A DNA stretch of 64,000 bases from the human T2T-CHM13v2.0 reference genome, Homo sapiens, in NCBI RefSeq assembly GCF_009914755.1, contig NC_060926.1, one strand, 5' to 3'. Position numbers and translations under genes: made by a program. Shown piece after piece: positions 12,761 through 25,400 of this stretch. The notes below the pieces were generated by a model, which was not told the origin of the DNA, did not search any database, and saw only the letters and a program-made list of their open reading frames with translations. Numbering within the stretch: position 1 is the stretch's first letter; every line of letters begins with the position of its first letter.

Positions 12761-13900
12761 AAGTTCCATCTTTTAATCCATATTTCAGCTAACCAAGCCA
12801 ATAAACTATTAGAAAAATTTTTAACTCCTTGAACTGCAATATTAAATGCAGAATCAATATTTAGTGGGCCCAGATCAATAAATTCAGCCTGATCCAACTC
12901 TATATTCATTCCACCATTATTTTATACCCTTAATATCCATTCCCATGCCTGTTCTCCAGATTTCTCCTTAAATAAATTAGAACACTTAAGCAGTTCTTTT
13001 TGAGTGTAGCGCACCTCCTCATGAGTCACACTCTGAACCTCACCTCTGAGGGCCTGCTAGGACTTTAGTCTAGTTATAGGTCTAGAAGCAAACAAAGGTG
13101 TTGGGGATGGCCCCTGAGGAGAATCAACATTATCTTGCCTCGCAACTGCCTCAGGGGAGGGCAACACTGTTGCCTCAGGCAGCACAGCGTTTATCGCCTT
13201 AGACAAAGGTGGAAAGGCTGATAGCAGCATGGGTCGGGGAGCGGATGTTGCCACAATTGGGGATGGGGAAGCTGTTTCTTCTGGCAAAAAAGGTTCATCA
13301 GAGTTTACAAGCTCAGTGCCCCCAGCTTCTTCAAGGTCCTCCCACACATCCCTATTCCCAGTTGCAGGGTCCCATTCCTTTCCAATCAATGCCCTCACTT
13401 TAACGGTTGATACCTGGGCAAGGCTGTGCATGCAACTTTCATTGTAGGTCAGCGGTCAGCCACTCATGTGATAAGAGCTTGTGTCTGATTTTCCACAATT
13501 TCTGCTTTCTATACAGGAGATAAGACTCTTGCTCAGGGCCACCTTAGCAGATTTGAGGCTGAGTATCTGCTTCTGAAACTGGGAGTTACAATCCCTGTGT
13601 TCATCATTTTCTTTCATCATTTTGTCTAGTGAACTTAGGAATAACCAGCCAACTTCATTATGTTCCTTGGTTCTCTACATAGAGTCAAAAGTATTATGTA
13701 TAGAGTCATTAAACTCCTTGCCTGTCACCAGCTGTGAATCAGGAGTGTCAAATGCATTTATTTTGCATAACTCTAAACACAGTTTATTTTGCATAAACTC
13801 TAAACTCTGTGTTTATGCGTAGTATGTAGTATGTGTAGTATGTCCTCCATACTATTAGAAGTAGAGTCCTTAGCATTTTTGGGTCTAATCTTATTAAGCA
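12761..13900 (-). pseudogene. HERV-L gag remnant (Fv1-related family), disrupted and C-terminally deleted
   Basis: ORF 13057-13431 contains QVSTVKVRALIGKEWDPAT...PLFASRPITRLKS, typical of ERV-L gag. Confidence 0.85.
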
Positions 13901-13964
13901 GCCAACTCCAGAAACCCCCAAACCAACGAAAGAACTCCATCCTTAATATTCTGTTCCTCTAGAA

Positions 13965-13979
13965 CCACTCCTGGTACCA
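13965..13979 (-). other. Primer-binding site, tRNA-Leu
   Basis: Minus strand TGGTACCAGGAGTGG lies just inside the 5' LTR and is complementary to the 3' end of tRNA-Leu(TAA) (…CCACTCCTGGTACCA). Confidence 0.85.
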
Positions 13980-13984
13980 AAACC

Positions 13985-14422
13985 TGTATTAGTCAGGGTT
14001 CTCTAGAGGAACAAAACTAACGGATATATATGGGAGTTTATTAAGATGTATTAACTCACATGATCACAAGGTCCCACAATAGGCCATCAGCAAGCCGAGG
14101 AGCAAGCAAGCCATTCCACAGTCCCAAACCTGAAGAACTTGAAGTCCGATGTTCAAGGGGAGGAAGCATCCAGTATGGGAGAAAGATGTAGGCTGGGAGG
14201 CTAAGCCAGTCTAGTCTTTTCATGTTCTTTTGCCTGCTTTTTATTCTGGCTGTGCTGGCAGCTAATTAGATTGTGCCCACCCAGATTAAGGGTGAGTCTG
14301 TCTTTCCCAGTCACCTGACTCAAATATTCATCTCCTTTGGCAACACCCTCACAGACACACTCAGGAACAATACTTTGCACCCTTCAGTCAAATCAAGTTG
14401 ACACTCAGTATTAACCATCACA
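13985..14422 (-). mobile_element. MLT2A (HERV-L) 5' LTR
   Basis: tgtattagtcagggttctctagag...ttaaccatcaca. Homologous to 9570-9999. Confidence 0.92.
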
Positions 14423-14885
14423 CCTCCCCTAAATCATTCTATGAATCCAGTATCACCCTAATAGCAAAGCCAGGAAAGAACATAACAAAAAAAGAAAACT
14501 ACAGACCAATATTCCTGATGAACATAGATGCAAAAACCTTGAGCAAGATACTAGCTAACTGAATCCATAGCACATCAAAAAGAATATGTCATGATCAAGT
14601 GGATTTTATACCAGGGATGCAGGGATGCTTTAACATACACAGGTCAATGAATATGATACAACACATAAACATAATTAAAAACAAAAACCATATGATCATC
14701 TCAATAGATGCAGAAATAGCATTTGATAAAATCCAGCATCGCTTTATAATAAAAGCCTTTAACAAAATAGGCATATAAGGGACATACCTCAAAGTAATAA
14801 AAGCCATATATGACAAACCCACCACCAACACCATACTGAATGGGGATAAGTTGAAAGCATTCCCTCGAGAACTGGAAAAAGATGA

Positions 14886-15081
<196 letters not shown>

Positions 15082-15959
15082 GACTCATCCAAGAAGCTCC
15101 CAGATCCAATAAATGAATTCAGTAAAGTCTCAGGATACAAAATCAATGTACACAAATCAGTAGCACTGCTATACAACAACAATGGCTAAGCTGAGCATCA
15201 AATTATAACTCAATTCCTTTACAACAGCTGCAAAAAAATAAAATACTTAGAAGAAGTCTACTTAACCAAGGAGGTGAAAGATCTATACAAGGAAAACTAC
15301 AAAACACTGCTGAAAGAAATCATAGATGACACAAACAAATGGAAACACATGCCATGTTCATGGATGGATAGAATCAATATTGCGACAACTGCATACTGCC
15401 CAAAGGAATCTGCAGGTTCCATGCAATTCAAAATACCATCATCATTCTTCACAGAATTATGAAAAAAATCCTAAAATTCATATGGAACAAAAAAAGTCCA
15501 CATAGCCACAGCAATATTAAGCAAAAAACAAAACAACAACAAAACACATTTGGAGGCATCACATTACCCCACTTCAAATTACACTACAAGGCAATAGTTA
15601 CCAAAAAAGCGTGGTACTGGTATACAAATAGGCACATAGACCAATGGAACAGAATAGAGAACCCAGAAATAAAGCCAAATACTCGCAGTCAACTGATCTT
15701 TCACAAAGCATACAAAAACATAAATTAGAGAAAGAACACACTATTCAATAAATGGTGCTGGGAAAAGTGGCAAGCCACATGTAGAAGAGAAACTGGATCC
15801 TCATTTCTCACCTTATACAAAAATAAACTCAAGATGGATCAAAGACTTAAATCTAAGACCTGAAAACATAAAAATTCTAGAAGATAACATCAGAAAAATT
15901 CTTCTAAACATTGGTTTAGGTAAAGAATTCATGACTTAGAACGCAAAGGCAAATGCAAC

Positions 15960-16317
15960 TGATACGGTTTGGCTGTGTCCCCACCCAAATTTCATCTTGA
16001 ATTGTAGCTCCCACAATTCCTAGGTGGGAGGAACCTGATGGGAGGTGATTGGATTATGGGGGTGGGTCTTTCCCCTGCTGTTCTAATGATAGTGAATAAG
16101 TCTCATGAGATCTGATGGGTTTATAAAGAGGAGCTCCTTTGCACAAGTTCTCTCTCACCTGCTGCCATATAAGAAGTCCTGTTGTTCTTCATCTTTTGCC
16201 ATGACTGTGAGGCCTCGCCAGGTATGTGGAACTGTGAGTCCATTAAACCTTTTTTTCTTTATAAATTACCCAGTCTTAGATATGTCTTTATTAGCAGTGT
16301 GAGAACAGAGTAATATA
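15960..16317 (+). mobile_element. THE1B-like MaLR solo LTR
   Basis: tgatacggtttggctgtgtccccacccaaat...ataaattacccagtc...taatata. Flanked by (g)caac-like duplicated target sequence. Confidence 0.9.
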
Positions 16318-17360
16318 CAACAAAACAAAAATAAATTAATGGGACCTAATTAAACCAAAAAGCTTCTGCATGGCAAAAGAAATAATCAGCAGAGTAAACA
16401 GACCACCCACAGGGTGGGAGAAAATATTTGCAAACTGTGCATCCAACAAAAGACTTACATACAGAATCTACAAGGAACTCAAACAAATCAGCAAGAAAAA
16501 AAACAAATAATCCCATCAAAAAGTGGGCAAAGGATATAAATAGACAATTCTCAAAAGAAGATATACAAACGGCCAACGAACATATGAAAAAATGCTCAAC
16601 ATCATTAATTATCAGGGAAACGCAAATTAAAATCACAATGAGATACCACCTTACTCCTGCAAGAATGGCCATAATTCAAAAGTCAAAAATTAATAGATGT
16701 TGGTGTGGATGTGGTGAAAAGGGAATGCTTCTACCCTGCTGGTGGGAATGTAAACTAGTACAACCACTGTGGAAAAACAGTATGGAAATTCCTTAAAGAA
16801 CTAAAAGTAGAACTACCATTGGATGCAGCAATCCTACTGCTGGATGTCTAACCAAAGGAAAATAAGTAATTAAATGAAAAAGACAGATGCACATGCATAT
16901 TTATAGCAGCACAATTTGCAATTGCGAAGATATGGAACCAACCTCAGTGCCCATCAACAAACAAGTGAAAGAAGAAAATGTGGCATATATACCCCATGGA
17001 ATACTACTCAGCCATAAAAAAGAATAAAATAATGTCTTTTATAGCAACTTGGATGAAGCTGGAGTCTATTATTCTAGGTGAAGTAACTCAGGAATGGAAA
17101 ACCAAATATCCTGTGTTCTCACTTGTAAGTTATAAGTGGTAGCTAAGCTATGGGGGTGCAAAGTTATAAGATTGATATAATGGACTTCGGGGACTCAGCA
17201 GGGAAGTTTGGAGAAGGTGAGGAATAAAAGACTACATATGGGGTACAGTGTACCCTGCTCAGGTGATGAGTGCTCCAAAATCTCAGAAAGCACCACTAAA
17301 GAATTTATCTATGTATCCAAAAACCACCTATATCCCCAAAACTACTGAAATAAAAATTAA

Positions 17361-17645
17361 GTAGAAATTTGTGGTGTTTCTATACACTAAAAGTGAATTA
17401 TCTGAAAAAAAATAAAGAAAATGATCACACTTACAGTAGTATCAAAAAAGTAAAATGCTTGGAAATAAATTTAACCAAGGAGGTGAAATATCTGTATGCT
17501 GAAATCTGTAAGGCATTGATGAAATAAATTGAAGAAGACACAAATAAATGGAAAGATGTCCTATGTTTATGGAGTCGAAGAATTACTATTCTTAAAATGT
17601 CCATACTACCCAAAGTGATCTACAGATTCAATATAATTCCCATCA
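17361..17645 (+). mobile_element. Older L1M ORF2 fragment
   Basis: tttctatacact...aatttaaccaaggaggtgaaa...gaagacacaaataaatggaaaga...atgtccatactacccaaagtgatctacagattcaat. Confidence 0.8.
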
Positions 17646-18175
17646 GCAAGTTGGAAACTCCACTTCATACTGGTATAGCCAAGGACACAGTACTCCTTCA
17701 GCTCCCTGTGGGAGGGCTGTTATCCTAAGGAGCAGAATGTCAGCTTTTTTCCACCCTGTCTTGTGCTCCTTACGCTATAATGCTGGAAGTTGATCTCCTT
17801 ATCTTTCATTTTATGTCTTTCATTCTGTGGCCTGTGTTTTCTATGTGCATTCCTTCTGGAAATTTTTAGTATATTCTGTTCTTGATATTTCAGAGATTAT
17901 TTTAAATATATCTTCATATATTTTAACTCTTTCATTAAAAAAATAGATCCATTGTATTGATAAAATTATCATATTTCACTCCCTTACTACCCTTTCCTTT
18001 CCTCTGTTGCTTGGTCTTTGCTGATTATATCATATTATTATTCTTAGCTTATCCAGTGTTTATTTTTAATTCTAACTGTATTTAATGCACTAATTGGTTT
18101 ATAAATATCTGTTTTTAAAAGCTAATTTAATGTCTATGCTTACATTACCTTGTAAATTATTTCCTTCTTAACCTT

Positions 18176-18534
18176 TGATATGGTCTGGCTGTGTCCCCCC
18201 CCCTATATCTCATCTTGAATTATAGCTCCCATAATTCCCATGTGTTGTGGGAGGGACCCGGTGGGAGATATTGAATAATGGGGGCAGTTTCCCCCATACT
18301 GTTCTCATGGTAGTGAATAAGCCTCAAGAGAGCAGATGGTTTTTTAAAACAAGAGGTTTCCCCTTTTGCTTGGCTCTCTCATTCTCTCTTGTCTGTAGTC
18401 ATGTAAGACCTTCCACTATGATTGTGAGGCTTCCCCAGCCATGTGGAATTGTAAGTCCACTAAACCTCTTTTTTAAAATAAATTACCCAGTCTCAGGTAT
18501 GTGTTTATCAACAGCGTGAAAATGGACTAATACA
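18176..18534 (+). mobile_element. THE1C-like MaLR solo LTR
   Basis: tgatatggtctggctgtgtcccc...ggactaataca with a perfect 5-bp TSD ACCTT (18171-18175, 18535-18539). Confidence 0.93.
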
Positions 18535-19240
18535 ACCTTCCAAGTTCGTTTTATAATTTCTAAATTATTGTATTTCATAATATTTACAGTTACAACCATA
18601 ACTTGTAGAGTTGTTTTAATCTCAGCCTTACAATTAAATCGACTTTATGCTCACTGTCAATCTGTTTGCTGGTTTCCTCATTCATCTATCTGTTGGCTAA
18701 AATTCATTTGGTCATTTCTTCAAGAAGCTTTTATGGGAACTGTATTTTCCTTTATATTAGAACTACAGTTTAATTGGATATAAAATTCTTGGGCAATACT
18801 TTTTTTTCAGCTAAACCTGAAGATTTCATAGACACTGGTGTCTTTTAACATTGAATGGTTCTTAGAGAAACCTGAAACCACACTGATTCTTTTTTCTCAT
18901 TTAAGTTGATAGGTTTGAATGGATGCACAATAGCTTTTTCTTTTCATTATCTATGAGATCCCAAAATTTTGTAGGACATGTCTTAATATTAATTGTTCTG
19001 AAAATCTCTGTATACACTGTTTTGTCTACTCAATCTAAGACTTACCCTGTCAGGTCCTTTTACATCTTTGGGAAATTTTCTTGAATGATACCTTTCAAAT
19101 TCTTTTTTGTTACATTTGTTTTGTTCTCTTTTGAAGAACATTAACTATGCATAGGTTTAATCTCATAAGACCTCCATTCTTATTTCCAATCTATTGCTAT
19201 TATTTTTTCCTAATTCCTCTCCTTCTTTCTGTAATCTTTT

Positions 19241-20741
19241 TAAAATTAGCATGTAATAGTTTTACATGCTTATGGGGGTACAGTGTGATATTTTGATACA
19301 TACATACAATGTATAATGACCAAATCAGGGTAATTAGTATATAAATCACCTTAAAATTTATCATTTCTTTGTATTGGGAACATTCAAAATCTGCTCTTCT
19401 AGCTATTTGAAAATATAGAATAAGTTATTATTAACCATAGCCGCCCTGCAGTGCTAAAGGACACTAGAAAGAATTCCTCCTACCTAGCTGTAATTTTACA
19501 TCTGTTAACCAGCCTTTGGCTATCTCTTCCTCCCCACTACCCTTCTCAGTTTCTAGTTAACACTATTATATTCTCTACTTCCATGAGATCAACTTATTTC
19601 ACTTCCACATATGAGTGGGAACATGTGGTATTTATCTTTCTTTGCCAGACTTATTTTATTTAATATAATGTCCTCCAGACTCACCCATATTGCCACAGGA
19701 TTTCATTCTTTTTCGAGGCTGAATAGTAATACATTGCGTATATATGCCACATTTTCTTTATTCGTTAATCTGTTGATAAACACTTTGGTTTATTTCATAC
19801 CTTGGCCATTTTGAAAAGTGTTGAAATAAACGTGGGGGTGCAGATATCCCCTTGACATACTGATTTCCTTCCCTTTGAACATACACCCAGTCGTGGGATT
19901 GCTGGATCCTATAGTAGTACCATTTTTAGATTTTTAGATCTTTGAGGTACCTCCATACTGCTTTCCATAATGGCTATACTAATTTCATTCCCACCAACAG
20001 CACACAGGTTCCCTTTCTTCCAGCATATCCTCTCCAAATCCTCTCCAGCAGATTTTGAATGTTCTCATCCATAAATGGTTGAGGTGATAGGTATGCTAAT
20101 TACCCTGATTCAATCATTACACATTGCATACATGTATCAAAATATCACACTATATCACATAAATATGTAAATGTACTGTGTCAATTTAAAAAATCATAAA
20201 AGCAAAAAAATAAGAAAAAAATCAAGAAACCCATCTCATTTACAATAGTCACACAAAAAATATAAACTTAGGAATAAATATAAACATGGATGTCAAAGAT
20301 CTGTACAATGAAAATTATAAATATAATAAAAAATTAAAATGGACACAAAAAAGTGGAACAACATTCATGTTTATGGATTGAATTAATATCGTGAAAATTA
20401 CCATAGTGCTCAAAGTTAACTACAGATTCAATAAAATCTCCATCAAAATACTAGTGACATTCTTCACAAAATGGAAAGAAAAATTCTAAAATTTGTATGA
20501 AACCACCAAAGATCTCGAATAACCAAAGCAATCCTGAGCGGGGGGAGGGGGTGGGGAAAGAACAAACCCGGAGAAATTACACTACCTGACCTCAAAATAT
20601 CTACAAACCTATAGTAACCAAAGCAGCATTGTACTGGCACAAAGATAGACACATAGGCCAATGAGACAGAATAGAGAACCCAGAAATAATTCCACACACT
20701 TAGACCTAACTGATTTCTGACATTGGAGAAAGGAAAATTTC
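19241..20741 (-). mobile_element. L1MA-type insertion with 5' inversion: antisense 3' part 19241-20040, extra sense 3' end 20048-20210, sense ORF2 part 20211-20741
   Basis: 14-bp TSD TTCTGTAATCTTTT at 19227-19240 and 20742-20755. L1MA 3'UTR motifs and ORF2 motifs occur in opposite orientations. Confidence 0.8.
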
Positions 20742-20824
20742 TTCTGTAATCTTTTAAACTTTGTTCATTTATATTTCATTTTGCTTTTTTTGTTTCTGAT
20801 CCTGCTTTTTTGTCTCTTACTGAG

Positions 20825-21183
20825 TGTATTAGTTTCCTAGGGCTGCCACAACAAACTACCACAAACTGGGTGGCTTAAAACAACAGAAATTTATTGTCTT
20901 ACCGTTCTGGAGGCTAGAAGTATAATTTTAACATGTAATTAAGTTTGGTTCATTCTGAACTTTGTGAGGGAGAATGTGTTCTGTGCCTCTCTTCTAGCTT
21001 TTGGTGATTTGCTGATGCTCTTTGGCGTACCTTGGTTGTAGATGCGTCATCCCAACCTCTGCCTTCATGTTTGCATGGTATTCTCTTTGTATGCATGTCT
21101 ATTCTCTTCATATGGCGTTCTCGTTTCAAGGATACTAGTTATATTGAGTTAGCGAACCACTGTACTCAAGTGTCACCCCATCT
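20825..21183 (-). mobile_element. MLT1-type MaLR LTR, truncated
   Basis: tgtattagtttcctagggctgccacaacaaactaccacaaactgggtggcttaaaacaacagaaatttatt. Confidence 0.85.
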
Positions 21184-21195
21184 TTTTAAAAAAAA

Positions 21196-21281
21196 TTTTT
21201 ATTTTTTGAGACAGACTTTCCTGTTGTTGCCCAGGCTGGAGTGCAGTGGCATGATCTCGGCTCACTGCGACCTCCGCCTCC
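21196..21281 (-). mobile_element. Alu fragment (3' part of the right arm)
   Basis: ttttttgagacag...cccaggctggagtgcagtggcatgatctcggctcactgcgacctccgcctcc, ending abruptly. Confidence 0.9.
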
Positions 21282-21570
21282 GTAGTCATACTTTACACTC
21301 CCACAGATAGACCCTACAACATCTACTCGTTGGTCTAAATTAGGTTATGTTGCTTCTTGCTTGCTGAGTGTGCTCCTGACTGTGGAGAATTCCTCCCTCT
21401 ACTGGTTTATCCTGAGAATTGCAACAATTTCTCTGTATATCACGCCTATCAGGGTCCCAGGCAAAAATTCTTTTAACCCGGTGGAGTAAATTTCCCAAAT
21501 TCCTCATGACTGTGTGAACACATGAAGATATAATAAAATGGGGTTCGTCACTCTATCTTATACATCACAT

Positions 21571-22440
21571 TACCATACTGCAATGGTTCTGAAACTTTTA
21601 TTCACGTACTAACATCTCTAAAATAAGACTACATCTTCTAATCAATGGAATCATACAATTGTTATCAGTATTGTGATATAGTTGTTATTATAAATCTAAT
21701 ACAAAATTAAAGTGGACACAAAAAAGTGGAACAACATTCACGTTTATGGATTGAAAGAATTAATATCGTGAAAATTACCATAGTGCTCAAAGTTAACTAC
21801 AGATTCAATAAAATCTCTATCAAAATACTAGTGACATTCTTCACAAAATAGAAAGAACAATTCTAAAATTTGTGTGAAACCACCAAAGATCTCGAATAAC
21901 CAAAGCTCCTGTGCATGCAGGAGCTTCCTCATAGCTGTTCATATTGTTACCACTTCAAAAGAATTATGCTCATTGTTGATGCTCTATGCATTAAATTTAA
22001 TTGACATGTGCAATGTACCCAAATTGAATACACTGATTAATCACTGAAACAAAATGTTATTAAGTACACAGAAAGGTATGAAAATAGTGTCTCAGGGCAT
22101 AAATTTTATATCAGTAATGCACATACTCATTGTTTTAAGGACAACTGCATTTCCATATTTTCTTACAAAGCAACAACCAAATGCTTTATAGGACCTAAGA
22201 AAGAATGGTATGCACGAGTAGGTGACTTTCTATTATGATGTTCTATTGTTAAGATCTATGCAAAACGATTGCCTATCACTGACTAAGCAGTACAACTGGA
22301 GGCAGAAGAAATTGCAAAATACTCCAGGATAGATTAAAGAATTTCGAGCCAGAGAGAGGCTATGTGACCCATTCAGGTTGGGTAGAAATATCATTAAGGC
22401 ATCACATATCAATTTGTTAGAAGCTTCCTGTTGTCACATT
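21571..22440 (+). mobile_element. Tigger13-like pogo DNA transposon remnant, interrupted at 21703-21906
   Basis: tacc/TIR-like start. Degenerate transposase N-terminus readable as KATTKCFIGPKK (aaagcaacaaccaaatgctttataggacctaagaaa) and ...LPIT..QLEAEEIAK. Confidence 0.7.
21703..21906 (+). repeat. Near-identical dispersed copy of 20330-20529 (L1 ORF2-derived)
   Basis: Alignment by eye gives 6 substitutions and one 4-bp indel over ~200 bp. Confidence 0.95.
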
Positions 22441-25400
22441 TGATGGCAAAATTTTACTGTACTAGACAGCTAAAGAGCATCCATCCATCATAAATCTCCT
22501 TCTCTCTGTCTCTTTTTTTTCTCTCTCTTATTTGAGATGTAAGCTCTTTCTCTTTTTTTCCCCCAGTCTAAGGCATACTCTTTATTTTTCTTATCTGGGT
22601 CATGGCTCTTTCTCTTGAGCACACATATCTTATAAGCTCTAACTGCCGAACTATCTTTTCTTTCCTGAAAATCTCCCTCTGGGTTCAAATAGCTTTTCTT
22701 TGGCTATCTGCCCTTTCCTTAGTTTTCCACATGTTATTGTTAACATATGGTGTAATTATAGGTGATTAATACTAAAATGAGAAGTAATAAACTATAAACA
22801 AGCAGAAAAATATTAGAATTTCACTCACCCATTTCCACGTATTGCCAAGGATTTTGGCATCATCTGAAGGCAGAATAAAAACTAGAATGCTTATCTGCAT
22901 GTAGATTTCCCTTTTGTATTTTCAAACTTTTTAAGTAAGTGTTCCAGAATATCCCTGTCAGTTGCCGTATCTCTTACTGTGTGCTTCTGGCTCTTATGAA
23001 GGCTTATATCACACTTCACCTCACGGAAAAGTTAACTATATTGGGGGATCTGCAGGAGGAGATAATCATCTTGGCCCCAGAAAAGCTGGAATGAGTCTCT
23101 GAGATTTTATGTCAATGTAAATCCAGGCCAAAATGAAATACTTTGAGATGAACTTAAAATCTTTCATTGACCTTTATGTGGAGGCTCTTATCTTTATCAT
23201 AATACATTTTCTATATTAATATAATCTAGCTTTTTGGGGTCTTTTCTGACTTCTCTAGGATTCTAAAGGCATTCTACATACTACAGGAGAGTTCTGAGTG
23301 TTTTCAAGGTTACTAAAGTTTCCCACCGCTCACTAGAATTCTATTTTCTGAGTATTTTTTACCCATTTCCATCCATGCGAAGTTTCTCTTCTGAGCCTGG
23401 CATTATTTTCTTTTATTCCACTCAAGTCTTCACAAAACACATCTGCCTTTTGACTCTTGCTATCTGGGCTGTCAGCCGAAACCCACAATAGTGTGGAGCC
23501 TGTGAAAGATGGCTCAGCCTTTTGTGTTGTATGCATCCATTCAAAAGGACTCTATAGGCAGAGTTAAGCAGACATACAAAATCTCCCTGCTTCTCACCCA
23601 TTAATTTCAGTCACTTTCATAGTACAGAGAAAACCCTTTCATATTTTAGAAGTTGAATTTGCATAAATGTGCATAACACTGATGTTGCTGCCCTTTCCCT
23701 TCAACTATTTTCTGTTCCAGTAATTCATCACCACCTGCCCTTGCATCCTGAAGATTTATGTTTTGAAAATCACATGAGAGTAGTTATATGGCTCATTATT
23801 CTCAGGGAAACATGCTTTCAGTGTATGATGGCTCTTTGCTCCTTATCTCTGGGCGCAGAAAAATCTTGCCTATTTGTAGGGCTCTGTGCCATGCTCCGTC
23901 TCCTTCTGCACATCGTTGTCTATTTTTCTTTCTTTTATTAAATTAATAAACAAAAATTTATAACCACATTTAAATGCACATAAGAGAGAGCTCTCTGTAG
24001 ATGAACATTCTACATATGTGTAACAAAAAAGAAATAGAAAGTAAATGAGAATGTTTCTGAAGTTTATTTTCCCATGAAGCATAGACTAGGTAAAAAATTT
24101 ATGTCTTACTGAACTTTCTAAAATTACCTAAACTTCTTATTTATCAAAGCACACTATCTCAGCTACTGAATTGCATCCCAAAATAAACTAATGACATGAA
24201 ATTGTTAAGTCTTCCCGACCCTAATGGAAGGTGCCAGTTGACAAGACATATTGTGATGACTATAGCACCAATAAAATAAGTTCAACAAAATACAGCTAAC
24301 TATAAAAACACGTGAGAGGTTTAATTTTTTAAGTTTTAAAATATTTGTTATTCTCAATATATACATCTATAGCATAGCAAAGAGACAAAATAGGATAAAA
24401 TGAGAAAAAATATCAACCCAGTAAAACACTCAGCAAAATAACTATACTAAAAACAAACAACGCACAATGGGAATTGGGGCTGTCATATCCCATAAAGTAG
24501 TTCCAAGGCTCAATAAATGTCAAAGTGAAAAATCTGTCATTGAGGAGATTAGACGAGAGCAGGAAGAGGTAGATTGGTCTCATAGAAAGAAATAGAAACA
24601 CTTTTTAAAGAACTAAGGACTAAAACCTTACACCAGAGCAACAATAAATTTACTCCAATGGCATAAATGGGTTTTTACAAGGTAAGGTATGACTCATAGC
24701 AAAAATGTTGCTTTCATGATGGCATTTTTTAATAAAAAGAGAGAAAAAGAAAAAATAAATTAAGGATTTTCTCAATAGTTTGGCAATCATTGGCTCTCCA
24801 TTCAATTTTGAGAGTAAAGTATTACAAAGCTGATTGGGTGTTTTCTGTGCATGAGAGAGGCTTGTTGATGTGTGAGTTTCAGAAAAGAGGGGTGGGGATT
24901 GGGCTGTTTCTTTGGAAGACACCCTAAATATTAATATGCTTAAGTCTTATTACACTAGTCAGTTTCATAGAGAGGAACCTTCCAATATCTTGCCTGTCAT
25001 GGAGAGAGGCTATGGCAGCAGAGGTAGAAGCTTGGATTTCAGATTTCTGGGAGCCAAAAGGGGCCTCATCACTTAGTATTCTGACTTCGTTTAGCTCTTG
25101 TGTTTTTGGCATGGCACTCCAACTCTTAGCTAAACCTGAGACTTCGATTTCTGCAAAGAGTTATAACTTCTCTAGTTTTTTTATCCCAGTGTGGGAGGAA
25201 TGGTCTTGTGAGTGTACTGTGAGGATGGGGGTGGCTGTTTGTTTTACTGACTTTTGGCAAATTCTTCTATTTCCAGTGCTGACTTGTACCCATAACTTTA
25301 GTCTTCTTCAATAAACTCCCCTTGATTTTTTTTTTTTTTTTTGCTTCCCTGTGTCATCCCTAAAAACCAATACTTCTTCCCCTCGCACTACCACCAATAC

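Larger units (their letters stand above)
9570..14422 (-). mobile_element. HERV-L provirus with two MLT2A LTRs, internally deleted
   Basis: Two similar LTRs (9570-9999, 13985-14422) with TG..CA ends. 5-bp TSD CCTCC at 9565-9569 and 14423-14427. PBS, polypurine tract and gag, RNase H, integrase and dUTPase remnants are present; no env. Confidence 0.95.

Noticed and set aside
13057-13431. Domesticated Fv1-like gag restriction factor
   Set aside because: Only a 124-aa fragment. Neighbouring gag sequence is frameshifted and the C-terminal part is deleted.
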